A stretch of DNA of 64,000 nt from a virus, in IMG/VR virus record IMGVR_UViG_3300027976_000028, positions 2,055-66,054 of that record; one strand, written 5' to 3'. The notes under the pieces were generated by a model, which saw only the letters and a list, made by a program, of their open reading frames with translations, made no database searches and was not told the DNA's origin. Shown here in pieces: positions 1 through 9,598 of the stretch (position 1 is its first letter; every line of letters starts with the position of its first letter). The translations under genes were made by a program, and so were the position numbers.

Positions 1-129
1 AATATTGATGAATGTCGTCCTTATGGGCCAAATCATGAAAATATTTGTTTTTCGTGTGCAACAACTAGAGTAGATAGAGAAGTGGTAGAGAAGAGAATGG
101 CAGATTATATTTTTGGAGAATCAAAATGA
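1..129 (+). CDS. Partial hypothetical protein (5' end outside window)
   Basis: Open frame from base 1 (NIDECRPYGPNHENICFSC...MADYIFGESK*) whose TGA overlaps the ATG at 126. Confidence 0.5.
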   Translation, partial: NIDECRPYGPNHENICFSCATTRVDREVVEKRMADYIFGESK

Positions 130-635
130 TTACAATTGAACAATGGATGAAACTTACTAACTTTCGCATTACCGAATGCGGAGATTATGGATGGCAGTGT
201 TATGGTTCGTCTGCTTACTCACTTGACTCTTGGAATGGGGACAATGACGAAGGGTATGGCTTCCATATTATTTTCGACACGCAGACGCAAGAAGTATATG
301 AAGTGCAAGCACATGATTACATGAACCAACGCGCATACCGCTTGGTCAATCCTGCGTACATGCAAAAGAACCGCAACGAAGCAATGAGCCGCGGTGTCAA
401 TGCTGATGAAGCATGGGACGATATCGAGTATGTCACCCTGGACACAGTTGATGACTTCCTGGCTAAAGGAGCATCTATCATCGCCGGAGAAGATTACGAC
501 ACGCGAGTTGAAATTCAAATTGATCTCGAAGATGACCTAATGTTGCAGTTGATGACAATGGCTCATGAGAAAGACATCACGCTGAATACGCTTGTAGCAG
601 AACTTCTGCAAGGATTCATCGATAGCAAGTCGTAA
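126..635 (+). CDS. Hypothetical phage protein, possible C-terminal ribbon-helix-helix-like segment
   Basis: 169-aa ORF with GGAG SD; C-terminus LMLQLMTMAHEKDITLNTLVAELL. Confidence 0.75.
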   Translation: MITIEQWMKLTNFRITECGDYGWQCYGSSAYSLDSWNGDNDEGYGFHIIFDTQTQEVYEVQAHDYMNQRAYRLVNPAYMQKNRNEAMSRGVNADEAWDDIEYVTLDTVDDFLAKGASIIAGEDYDTRVEIQIDLEDDLMLQLMTMAHEKDITLNTLVAELLQGFIDSKS

Positions 636-917
636 GTGATCAATTACATACGCTATGAAATCGGCGACATACACCCTGCTGGAGAAAAAGGGCAGTGGTA
701 TATGCATGCCTTCATTCAAGGCAAGACTATTGTAGAAGTTGTAGAGCAACGCAGAAATGCTCACAATTCGCATGGTAATATGATCTACAAAGTAGATTAT
801 GCCAAGAGCAAATTAGTTAAACAAAACTACGGAATGTCAAGAAATTCGGTAAATATGCCATTGGTCGTCGAGAAGATTGGCTACTACTTTGATCAAGGGA
901 TGACAGATGAAACTTAA
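636..917 (+). CDS. Hypothetical protein
   Basis: 93-aa ORF abutting the previous stop and overlapping the next start. Confidence 0.55.
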   Translation: MINYIRYEIGDIHPAGEKGQWYMHAFIQGKTIVEVVEQRRNAHNSHGNMIYKVDYAKSKLVKQNYGMSRNSVNMPLVVEKIGYYFDQGMTDET

Positions 918-1302
918 CCTATCAGTGGCGTTAGTGTTGATCATGTCCTTATCTGGGACTGTATTGGCGCAGTTGCCGTCACCTGGAGAACTCGGGGCAA
1001 TAAATGATCCACGCTATTGTGGCGAACCAGCACGAACTGCTGCTGGGAGGATAATCCGCAGTAGGGCTGTACTAAATGACTTTGCAAAGGTATTTCCATG
1101 CCCTACTACACTAGCACCAATTGCAAGCTGCCCCGGATGGCAAATCGACCATGTTATCCCATTGGCATCAGGCGGGTGTGATTCACAGGTAAATCTCCAC
1201 TGGTTGCCCGTGCAAATTAAAACATGTGCTCTCCCGGCTTGTAAGGATCGTTGGGAACGAAAATACCATGCTATGCCCCGCCAAGCAGTGGTTATACAAT
1301 AA
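907..1302 (+). CDS. HNH endonuclease-family protein with N-terminal signal peptide
   Basis: WQIDHVIPLASGGCDSQVNLHWL HNH motif; hydrophobic leader MKLNLSVALVLIMSLSGTVLAQ. Confidence 0.75.
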   Translation: MKLNLSVALVLIMSLSGTVLAQLPSPGELGAINDPRYCGEPARTAAGRIIRSRAVLNDFAKVFPCPTTLAPIASCPGWQIDHVIPLASGGCDSQVNLHWLPVQIKTCALPACKDRWERKYHAMPRQAVVIQ

Positions 1303-1319
1303 TTAAAATAGGAAATAAT

Positions 1320-1520
1320 ATGGCAGACGTAGTTGATGACGCACAAGAAGCGATGGAAGCTCTTGCAGATTTTCAAAAAGCAACAGCAAAAGAATTTGTT
1401 CCAATTCGTACGGGTTTTTGCATAGAGTGTGAGGAGCCGACAGAGTTTACATTCTGTAGCGTACCGTGTCAACAAGACAACGAACGGCGAGAACGCATCA
1501 AGGCAATCGCAGGAAAATAG
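1320..1520 (+). CDS. TraR/DksA-like C4 zinc-finger protein
   Basis: MADVVDDAQE start after an AGGA SD; CIECEEP...FCSVPCQQDNERRER. Confidence 0.7.
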   Translation: MADVVDDAQEAMEALADFQKATAKEFVPIRTGFCIECEEPTEFTFCSVPCQQDNERRERIKAIAGK

Positions 1521-1541
1521 TATCGCAGTGTTGATGGTTTG

Positions 1542-1549
1542 TATAAATA
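1542..1549 (+). promoter_or_regulatory. T4-like late promoter TATAAATA
   Basis: Exact T4 gp55 consensus, 4 nt before ATG 1554. The TAAATA core also occurs at 2284, 7033, 10158, 11587, 22567, 36622, 37416, 44036, 55312 (+) and 10027, 11570, 20343, 22038, 24862, 27088, 31256, 36531, 37369, 43925, 58555, 59007 (-). Confidence 0.8.
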
Positions 1550-1553
1550 CTTC

Positions 1554-2255
1554 ATGCGCTTACGAGAATTTATACAACCATTAGAAGAACTTGCAACTGT
1601 AACTCACCGTAATGAGATGGACCGTCTCTTCAAACAAAACGGTTACAAAAAGATTGGTTCCGGTGCAGATGCAATGGTTTATAAGAAAGATAGCAGCCAT
1701 GTTATCAAAATCTTATTCCCAGAAGATTATTCACCAGCAGCAAAGGCAATTAGATCATTCACAACGTTTTATGAATTTGTTAAGGCTAATCCAACATCAC
1801 CGTTCCTACCCAAAATTTCTGAAGTAAACGAAATTGAAGTAATGGGTGAGGTTTTCACGCAGATCGCAATGGAAAAGCTAATGCCCTTAAAATCTGGATC
1901 TTTCCTTTTAGTCATTGTTTATCAAATAATCAGTGATATCGAAGAAGGTGGCGCGCCGGGGCCTAAAGGGGAAGGATTTAAGAACTTGCTATTATATCTT
2001 CAGAAACATCCAGCGAATTGGGATAACGACATCCCGTTCGACGATAGACATTATAACATGTCGCCGATTGCACAATCAATTCTAGCCAATCCCGCTAAAC
2101 TGAAATTCTACAGTGATTTTTATGATATTGCAGAAAAATTACACGCCACAGGTTTAGCACATCCCGATGGTCCTTTAGGATGGGATTTACACACCGAAAA
2201 TGTAATGCTTCGTGGTCAAACACCCGTAATCATTGACCCTTGGTTTATGAGTTAA
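1554..2255 (+). CDS. Protein kinase-like (Ser/Thr kinase fold) protein
   Basis: IGSGADAMVY glycine loop, VIK lysine, DLHTENVM catalytic loop, IIDP; start reassigned to ATG 1554 (MRLREFIQPLEE). Confidence 0.8.
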   Translation: MRLREFIQPLEELATVTHRNEMDRLFKQNGYKKIGSGADAMVYKKDSSHVIKILFPEDYSPAAKAIRSFTTFYEFVKANPTSPFLPKISEVNEIEVMGEVFTQIAMEKLMPLKSGSFLLVIVYQIISDIEEGGAPGPKGEGFKNLLLYLQKHPANWDNDIPFDDRHYNMSPIAQSILANPAKLKFYSDFYDIAEKLHATGLAHPDGPLGWDLHTENVMLRGQTPVIIDPWFMS

Positions 2256-2293
2256 TCACGCAGTAGGCAGCCTGCCCTTTTGCTAAATATCGT

Positions 2294-5200
2294 ATGAAAT
2301 CCCTGAACGAGTATTTAAACGAAGTTATTGCCCAACAAGAGTATGTATATCATGTGTCACATCTACCTAATCTTAAACTTGGGTTACGCAGTATAATTAA
2401 AAGTGGGTTACAGCCCTCTAAAGTTGGATATTCTGGACCCGGCGTTTATTTTGCATACAAGCCAGACGGCGGCTTCTACCATGTAGATGCAAGCGAAGCA
2501 ACTATGTTTCGTGCTAAATGGAAAAATCTTGTTGCACATTATGGTGTATACCCGCAAGCCCCGAATGGCATACAACGCGACGACGATGAAATCATTGTAC
2601 CAACGAGTGTACCCGTAGAAATGTTAGAAGTAGAATATAATCCCGGCGAATGGTGGGATGTAAAAAGTGCATTAGCAGCAGAAAATGGCCCAATGAACGA
2701 GGTTACCATTGACAACAAAGATGGTGCAGGCGCAGTCCCATACAATGCTGATATAGACTACTTTGGACTTCGCGTACAGATGAAGCCAAGTACATTCCTA
2801 CGCTTGGCCGAACCACTTGGCAAGCCACACGACCCGGAATTAGAAAAATATATGGCAGCGGGCGGTGCAACAGGCTCCCCATTTTTAGAAATAGCAATTC
2901 CTGAAGAATGGGATGTTGGCAATTTTAGTAAAGTTGCGCAGGTTAAACGTCACGAAGGTCGTAATCGTGCCACAATAACACAAAAGTTAGAAGGTGACAG
3001 TCCAATAGAAGTTCACCTTATACCACTTGGAGGATATCGTAATCGAGATTTAACTCCAGAGTTTATTAAAGCGTTAAGCGATGGTTTATTCGCAGAGAGG
3101 ACTACTCGTGTTGTAAATGGCCCATTGTTTACTGCAATGGTCGTAACTGAAGATGATGAAACTCTGCCTATGGCCGATAATCCAGAACATGTCCGCATGG
3201 CTGAGTTAAAGAGACTTATGGGTGCGTTTCCAAACTCAGCAGACTACATGTATAGTATCCCGGCGTATAAGCGGGCTCGCCTGCTATTCAACAAGGGCTT
3301 ACTCAAAGCGTCAAGACCTGAAATTGAGTTACTCCTCAAATTAACAACGTCGACTGGTGATCTTAAACCACTTAGTGAAGAAGAGGAATTAACTGAATTA
3401 TTTGAACCAAGCAATAAAGAATGGAAGTGGAAGCATCACTATAACACATCTGCTATAGCGTTATTTAAAATAGGCAAAATCCCATATATGTTTATGGCCG
3501 AAACATATACGCACCCCGATAGTCCAGAATCTGCGGGCATGTGGGATGTTGTTTTCAAAATCGACAAGCACTATAGCGGCTATACTGATCTCGAGGCCAC
3601 TTCATACGGAATCACTGGCTCTGGCAACTCTGCAGAAGTAATGGGAACGGTAGTAAACATCCTAAAGGATTTTATCAGCATATACAAAGAAACACTTCGC
3701 GGTATTACATTCGTTGCCAACGAAGATTCACGACAATCCCTATATGCTAAAATGGCACATAGATTATTACCAAATTGGGAATTCTATAAAGATGGCAAGG
3801 AATTCATATTATCAAAGCCAGAGGATAATGTAAATGAATCAGTGGTTAATGAAAGCCTAAGCCGCATTGCCTATCACTATACAAGTTTATCTAGTGCATT
3901 AAATATATTGACTACTGGGCAGTTTCAGCTTGCATCAACACTTGGTAGTGTTGAGGAGAAATATGCGCCTCAAGGGCATCATTACTTCATGAGCACTACA
4001 CGCTCTAGCAGAGGCGGCTATCACGACAGCAATGTAACAAAAAACTCGACAAGTGGTATATTATTTGCATTGGACGGCAACTGGTTTAATCAACACTACA
4101 AAGCAGGACCCATAGATTATTGGCAAAATCGTAATCAAAATCAAAGATTTAACGTCACGCACCACGAATCCGAAGACCGTATATTTTCGCGGACACCTAC
4201 TATTCCAATTGGCGGGATTACAGCGGTTCACGTATTCATGAAGGTAATGGATAATAAAGAACGGGACAATTACGGTGCAATGGCACCAGCTAATGCGCGT
4301 CAACTATTATTACGAGCAAAGACACTTGGCATTAAGGCATACCTATATGAAGATGTTACTGCATGGCACAATTTAGATATTAGAAAAACTGTACCTATTA
4401 CAAATAGAGAAACACTTCGCGGTCCCGATCTTAAGAAAGAACGTACATCATCAAAGCCCCGTGGATATTTAATGCCATGGATGGAATTGTTGCAAGCAAA
4501 AGAAGTGTCACAATTGTCTAAGGCTGCAGATCGCATTCGTTATAGTCTACAATATACATATGATGCTCAGAGTGCTATAGAGGGTTTAGCAAATAATTTA
4601 AGCAATGCCCGCAAGCCCGATTCAGGGGGCGATCGCGAAAATGCTGCGAAGCTAATAAGATTTATGCAACAGAATAAGTTGAACACTATTTCTGAACTTG
4701 TTAAGGCAATTGGGGACAAGTGGAAAGCTATTGCTGCCAAGAAACCCGCTAACGAAGTAATAGAATCAGATACCCCAATTAAACTTACAAGCAATGCAAA
4801 AGCTAAAGGTTGGATTGATAAAGTATACGCAAGGTATCCGCAGATGTTCCAACGCAATCATGTCATGCCTCTTGGCGGTGCGGGCAATGATCAACAGTTT
4901 GCTATGTTTGAACTAACACCAAGCTTCGCAAAACGTGATGCAGTGGAGGTAACATGGATACAAGCTTATCCAATGGGGCAAGGCGTAGGTGCAAGAGCAA
5001 TGAAAGAACTGCAAGCACTTGCAACTGCAGATGGCATTAGTTTAACATTATTCCCTTGGGACAAAGGACAAGTATCGCAGGCTAAATTGACAAAGTTCTA
5101 CAAAGGGCAAGGATTCAAGCCTACTGCCAAGGGTTCAAGGACCATGGCATGGAGTCCGATTACGGAATTGTTTGAACCGAGCACTAAAGACTGGAAATGG

Positions 5201-7027
5201 GAATTCCGTGGCAAATACACCGCCTCGGCGGTGTTTACTGTAGAAGGTATCCCGTATAAGTTTCATGCATCTACAGAGCCAGACCCAGATATTTACGGAA
5301 TATGGGATATTGAATTTACAATAGAAACTCCAAGACCGCCCGGTCGTTCAGTTAGATACAATCTATCGGGTACAGGTAACTCGGCTGCTGTAATGGGAAC
5401 CATAGTCGACATAATGAGGGCATTCCTAATTAAGTACAAGGATAACATCGGCGCATTGCAATTCTCTGCCGATGAAGTATCAAGGAAATCATTATATAAG
5501 CGAATGATTCAACGGTTATTGCCAAATTGGAAACTAAAGAGCTATCCTGGCGATATGTTCTCTATTACGCCGCCTGCGCTCCGCAAAAAAGTAATTAAGC
5601 CAACAGTTGAAACTGCAAGGAAAACTCTCAACGACTATCTTAACATTGTTATCGAAGACTTCAATTCAAATCCATACAGCAAAACTACACTACCGCTGGG
5701 TCCATATCGCGGACTAAGTAATCCACTGGACAATGATCATTCAGAATCATACGAAGCCTCGGAGTTATGGGATATAGTCGAAGATCAAATTGAAAAAGGT
5801 ATTAAACCAACCGTAATCGATTTTCCTATAAATCAACTTGAAGCTACACAGGATTGGTTAAGTAGTGAAGCAGGCGACGAAGCACTATTTGACGAATATA
5901 CAGATCATCCGGTTGTATTAGCATACGCAGCCGACAATTATATACTTGATGGGCATAATCGTATTGCCGCTGCAATTAAAAATAAACAAGTTAAAATACC
6001 AGTGTTTTTGTTTGATGCTGATGTGAAAGTAACAGAAGGTGAATCTAATATGAAAATTAGAGAATTGCTAATGAACGGAGGCTGGGCAAGTGACTTAACT
6101 TTTTCCACAGTCATCACACCAGCAGTAGTGCAAGAAATGGTAAAACATCTTGCGGAGTTTGAACAGAAATTCAATGAATGGGAAAAGCAGGGTAATATGG
6201 GATTAGAGATTAACATTGGCAAACCAGTGGGCTCGGGTACATATTATGAACGAGATCTTATACAAGATCCAACACGAGAATATGGCGATGTTGATGTTAT
6301 GTGCTATATTACAAGTCTCCCAGATGAAAGTGCTGCCCAACGCATCGCTGTTTATCGCACTGCTATTCAATCTTTCTGCCAACTCAATGCAAAATACAAA
6401 ACAGATAATGGCACTAATGTTATATTTGATTCAGCGGCAGGCCCCGTACAAGTTGATTTAGTTTACACCTTCCACGAACACGCAAATTGGGGACGAGCAT
6501 TAGCACCAGAATATAGGGTTAAAGGGGCTATTAATACAAGTTTAACAAGCGCAATGGCCGACGCCCTGAATCTTAGTTTTAGCTCTCAAGGTGTACAGGC
6601 AAAATTACGCAATGGACAGCCAGTAAGCTTCCGCCAAAGTAAAGATACGATACTACATATGGTATCAATTGATCCCGAGAACTGGGCAAAGGACATATAT
6701 AGTTTCTATTATGAATTGGCAAAAGGTGAAAAGCCAACATCGTTTCCCGGGGGACTTGAACAGCATAGCGGGATTAAAGACGAGCAACGGTTAAGTGACA
6801 TTGTATATGCTATCAAGAGTCTTGTAGCGGCCTTTGAGCAATCAATGATATTACCTCCAGATTTAATGAATAAGATTGCCGATATATTTGTGAGCAAAAT
6901 GGATGCACAAATTGGGTCGTCAAAGTACTTAACAGCTCAAACACCTGAAGCCGTCGCTAAAGCTGATAAGACTAAGGCTATGTTTATGCGCTACAAAGAA
7001 GAGATACCAAAGTTGCTTCTGAGCTAA
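2294..7027 (+). CDS. 1577-aa multi-module (polyvalent) protein: ART-like x2, ParB-like x2, repeated unknown domain x2, GNAT, nucleotidyltransferase
   Basis: YHVSH..GPGVYF..DEII; HEGRNRA; LFEPSxKxWKW repeats at 3398 and 5168; AYHYTS..YFMSTTRS; GQGVGARAM..LTKFYKGQGF; ILDGHNRIAA; VGSG..YGDVDV. Confidence 0.8.
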   Translation: MKSLNEYLNEVIAQQEYVYHVSHLPNLKLGLRSIIKSGLQPSKVGYSGPGVYFAYKPDGGFYHVDASEATMFRAKWKNLVAHYGVYPQAPNGIQRDDDEIIVPTSVPVEMLEVEYNPGEWWDVKSALAAENGPMNEVTIDNKDGAGAVPYNADIDYFGLRVQMKPSTFLRLAEPLGKPHDPELEKYMAAGGATGSPFLEIAIPEEWDVGNFSKVAQVKRHEGRNRATITQKLEGDSPIEVHLIPLGGYRNRDLTPEFIKALSDGLFAERTTRVVNGPLFTAMVVTEDDETLPMADNPEHVRMAELKRLMGAFPNSADYMYSIPAYKRARLLFNKGLLKASRPEIELLLKLTTSTGDLKPLSEEEELTELFEPSNKEWKWKHHYNTSAIALFKIGKIPYMFMAETYTHPDSPESAGMWDVVFKIDKHYSGYTDLEATSYGITGSGNSAEVMGTVVNILKDFISIYKETLRGITFVANEDSRQSLYAKMAHRLLPNWEFYKDGKEFILSKPEDNVNESVVNESLSRIAYHYTSLSSALNILTTGQFQLASTLGSVEEKYAPQGHHYFMSTTRSSRGGYHDSNVTKNSTSGILFALDGNWFNQHYKAGPIDYWQNRNQNQRFNVTHHESEDRIFSRTPTIPIGGITAVHVFMKVMDNKERDNYGAMAPANARQLLLRAKTLGIKAYLYEDVTAWHNLDIRKTVPITNRETLRGPDLKKERTSSKPRGYLMPWMELLQAKEVSQLSKAADRIRYSLQYTYDAQSAIEGLANNLSNARKPDSGGDRENAAKLIRFMQQNKLNTISELVKAIGDKWKAIAAKKPANEVIESDTPIKLTSNAKAKGWIDKVYARYPQMFQRNHVMPLGGAGNDQQFAMFELTPSFAKRDAVEVTWIQAYPMGQGVGARAMKELQALATADGISLTLFPWDKGQVSQAKLTKFYKGQGFKPTAKGSRTMAWSPITELFEPSTKDWKWEFRGKYTASAVFTVEGIPYKFHASTEPDPDIYGIWDIEFTIETPRPPGRSVRYNLSGTGNSAAVMGTIVDIMRAFLIKYKDNIGALQFSADEVSRKSLYKRMIQRLLPNWKLKSYPGDMFSITPPALRKKVIKPTVETARKTLNDYLNIVIEDFNSNPYSKTTLPLGPYRGLSNPLDNDHSESYEASELWDIVEDQIEKGIKPTVIDFPINQLEATQDWLSSEAGDEALFDEYTDHPVVLAYAADNYILDGHNRIAAAIKNKQVKIPVFLFDADVKVTEGESNMKIRELLMNGGWASDLTFSTVITPAVVQEMVKHLAEFEQKFNEWEKQGNMGLEINIGKPVGSGTYYERDLIQDPTREYGDVDVMCYITSLPDESAAQRIAVYRTAIQSFCQLNAKYKTDNGTNVIFDSAAGPVQVDLVYTFHEHANWGRALAPEYRVKGAINTSLTSAMADALNLSFSSQGVQAKLRNGQPVSFRQSKDTILHMVSIDPENWAKDIYSFYYELAKGEKPTSFPGGLEQHSGIKDEQRLSDIVYAIKSLVAAFEQSMILPPDLMNKIADIFVSKMDAQIGSSKYLTAQTPEAVAKADKTKAMFMRYKEEIPKLLLS

Positions 7028-7079
7028 TGAGCTAAATAGAGTACAATGATTTCATCATTAAATATAAAGGAAAATTAAA

Positions 7080-7358
7080 ATGGATCTATTTCTCATAATC
7101 ATCTTCATCGTAGTAGTGCTTGCGGTAGTCGTCTTTTACTTGCGTGAAGGAAAAGACGTACAAAACGAAGTCTCCAATATACCACCTAAATTTGACGATG
7201 CACCGTACAAAGTCGACCCGCCAGTTGTAGTTGAACCACCTGCTGTTACAGTGCCAGTAGTTGCCGCAGCTCTTGCAAACGATGTCACTAAATCAGCACC
7301 TAAGGTTACTGCAAAGCCAAAAGCTAAAGCTAAGAAGCCACGTAAACCAAAAGCCTAA
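7080..7358 (+). CDS. Small membrane-anchored protein with Pro/Ala/Lys-rich tail
   Basis: N-terminal hydrophobic helix; KPKAKAKKPRKPKA tail; AAGGA SD. Confidence 0.75.
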   Translation: MDLFLIIIFIVVVLAVVVFYLREGKDVQNEVSNIPPKFDDAPYKVDPPVVVEPPAVTVPVVAAALANDVTKSAPKVTAKPKAKAKKPRKPKA

Positions 7359-7360
7359 GT

Positions 7361-8077
7361 ATGTTGTTACGAGAAGTCATTGCGGTTCGCAAAGTTATCA
7401 ATGAAGGTGGAAATGTCTTTAAGGACAAGGATGGCACACCGCTGACTGATCGTATTCAACGTGCAGATGTAGAGCCTACAGTAAGATGGTTAGAGAGTAT
7501 CACGGGATACAACTTGTTTTCTCACTTGCTTGGTACAACGGGCAAGAAAGAGAGTTCCGGCGACATTGATATTGGAATGGAAGAGGTTGCAACAAAAGAA
7601 GACTTAGTAAATAAACTAACAGTTTGGTGCTCTCAAAATGACGTAGAGGCAGCAACATACATTAAAAAGTCCGGCATTAACGTACATTTTAGAACGCCAA
7701 TTGGCGGATCATCAGATCGTGGGTTTGTACAAACCGACTTCATGTTTGTTCCTAATTTAGATTTTGCCAAGTTTGCAATGGCAGCGGATCCGCATAGTAA
7801 GTATAGAGATATGTACAAGCATATCACGATGAGTTCTCTTGCAAAGCCGTTGAATATGTTATGGAACCCAACGACAGGTTTGTCTGATCGTACTACTAAG
7901 AAAGTAATATCTACAGACCCAGACAAAATTGCACAAACGCTATTAGGACCAAACGTTGATCGCACTGCGATTACAAGCGTAGAATCTATATTAAGAGCTC
8001 TTGAAAATGATCCTCAGAAGGACGAAAAATTAGCAGATGCAAGAGCAACTCTTGCAAAAACTGGGATAACAATTTAA
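7361..8077 (+). CDS. Nucleotidyltransferase (Pol-beta superfamily)-like protein
   Basis: LLGTTGKKESSGDIDIG (hG[ST]...DxD) plus VQTDFMF third acidic residue. Confidence 0.7.
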   Translation: MLLREVIAVRKVINEGGNVFKDKDGTPLTDRIQRADVEPTVRWLESITGYNLFSHLLGTTGKKESSGDIDIGMEEVATKEDLVNKLTVWCSQNDVEAATYIKKSGINVHFRTPIGGSSDRGFVQTDFMFVPNLDFAKFAMAADPHSKYRDMYKHITMSSLAKPLNMLWNPTTGLSDRTTKKVISTDPDKIAQTLLGPNVDRTAITSVESILRALENDPQKDEKLADARATLAKTGITI

Positions 8078-9538
8078 ATGCTATTACGACAAATTATACT
8101 TGAGAAAGAAGGATTCGATGCAAACGAGCTATTAGCATTTAAAGATGTCATTGCGTCGAAGATTAAGCAATTGCCGCAAGATGATGCCACTGCTAAAACT
8201 CTTAAAGAAATTGAGGAATTATTGACGCACGTTAATGCAGGCGGACGAATGGGTATGATAAATGGAGCATTGCACTCAATAAATGATCCAGCTGTATTAT
8301 CTTCACAAAAACGGTTATCACAGTACCTTGCAAGTATGGAAGTAAGTCCTGACGAACGCAAGGAGTTATTTCACCTATGGAAAACAGATAAGATTCTTAA
8401 CATTGATGTATTGTTGTCTAAAAAGAATGTTACCTTCTCGGAACTATTCAACGGTTACGATACTAACAAAGCTATTAAAGAGTTAGTAGATGACGTAATG
8501 GAAGTTGCTGATTTGGGGCAAGGCAAGGGCGAGTTTGGTCTTAATGTATTATCAAAGAGTGTTAGTAAACCAGGGTCGCATACAAACTTAGATCAAGATG
8601 GAGATGACAAAGCTAAGGGTGACTTAATTATTAAATACAACGGAAAATGGCGTAAGATTGAAGTTAAAACAACACAGGGCGGTGGCGCACGATTTGCCGA
8701 CCAAGAAGTGCGTCCAGCCGAAGGATATGAAGCTGCATCATCTGAATTAAATGCATCAGTAGAGAAGTTAAAGAGTTCATTGGTGTACAAAGAAGTATTC
8801 CCCAATGGAATGGCCAAGGGTTACGGTATGAACCTTGGGCAGGCTATTAATTGGTATCGCCATACTCAATTGCCAAAAGTAAAAGCAGATTTCCTTAATA
8901 AGGTTGATAACGTAGTAACATTGATTTTTGGCGGTAAGAAAGCTGATCATGCTAAAGTATCGGCTATTATAAAAGCCATTAAATCAGGTGATGATAATAC
9001 TGCGAAGCAACAATGGGCACAGGCGTGTTTTAATTACTACATTGGACAAAAGGATGACGAAGGTGTCCTGGCTATTAACTTGAATAGTAAGAGCATTATG
9101 TTCTATAGTACATCAGATGACCTTACTAAACAAGGTTTACGTTTCTCTGCTGATACAATTTACCTAACTGCTAAAGATGCACAGCGCGGAGCATATCCAC
9201 AAATTAGTGTTATCCCAACCACCTTTGGTGCTAATGCCAAAGCAGCAGGAGAAAAGAAAGCTGCCGACGCCGAGAAGAGTAGACTACGTGGATTAACACG
9301 GGCAGCGACTGCAAATCCAGTTGATGCACCAGCGCGCCACCCAACAGTAACTCGTGCCCAATTTAACAAAGACATGCTAGCATTCGCTACTAACTTTGCA
9401 CACCGTAAGAAGATATATGATCCGGGTCGTATTAAAGAACTTAGTGTATTTGCAGCTGATTTAATTGCCAGTGGCGCATCAATGACGAGCATTAGGAAGC
9501 AATTAAGCGGCCATGCTGCCGAGATGTTACCATCATAA
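8078..9538 (+). CDS. Putative PD-(D/E)XK nuclease-fold protein
   Basis: GKGEFGL..KGDLII..KIEVK motif. Confidence 0.55.
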   Translation: MLLRQIILEKEGFDANELLAFKDVIASKIKQLPQDDATAKTLKEIEELLTHVNAGGRMGMINGALHSINDPAVLSSQKRLSQYLASMEVSPDERKELFHLWKTDKILNIDVLLSKKNVTFSELFNGYDTNKAIKELVDDVMEVADLGQGKGEFGLNVLSKSVSKPGSHTNLDQDGDDKAKGDLIIKYNGKWRKIEVKTTQGGGARFADQEVRPAEGYEAASSELNASVEKLKSSLVYKEVFPNGMAKGYGMNLGQAINWYRHTQLPKVKADFLNKVDNVVTLIFGGKKADHAKVSAIIKAIKSGDDNTAKQQWAQACFNYYIGQKDDEGVLAINLNSKSIMFYSTSDDLTKQGLRFSADTIYLTAKDAQRGAYPQISVIPTTFGANAKAAGEKKAADAEKSRLRGLTRAATANPVDAPARHPTVTRAQFNKDMLAFATNFAHRKKIYDPGRIKELSVFAADLIASGASMTSIRKQLSGHAAEMLPS

Positions 9539-9553
9539 TTTAACGTCAATAAC

Positions 9554-9581
9554 AAAAAAGGACCATTATGGTCCTTTTTTT
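9554..9581. terminator. Bidirectional intrinsic terminator
   Basis: AAAAAAGGACCA-TTA-TGGTCCTTTTTTT between convergent genes. Confidence 0.85.
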
Positions 9582-9598
9582 ATGAAGTATATCAATAA

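Noticed and set aside
1320-2255. TAG read-through fusing the TraR-like ORF to the kinase (same frame)
   Set aside because: A one-in-three coincidence; the kinase has its own TATAAATA promoter and leader
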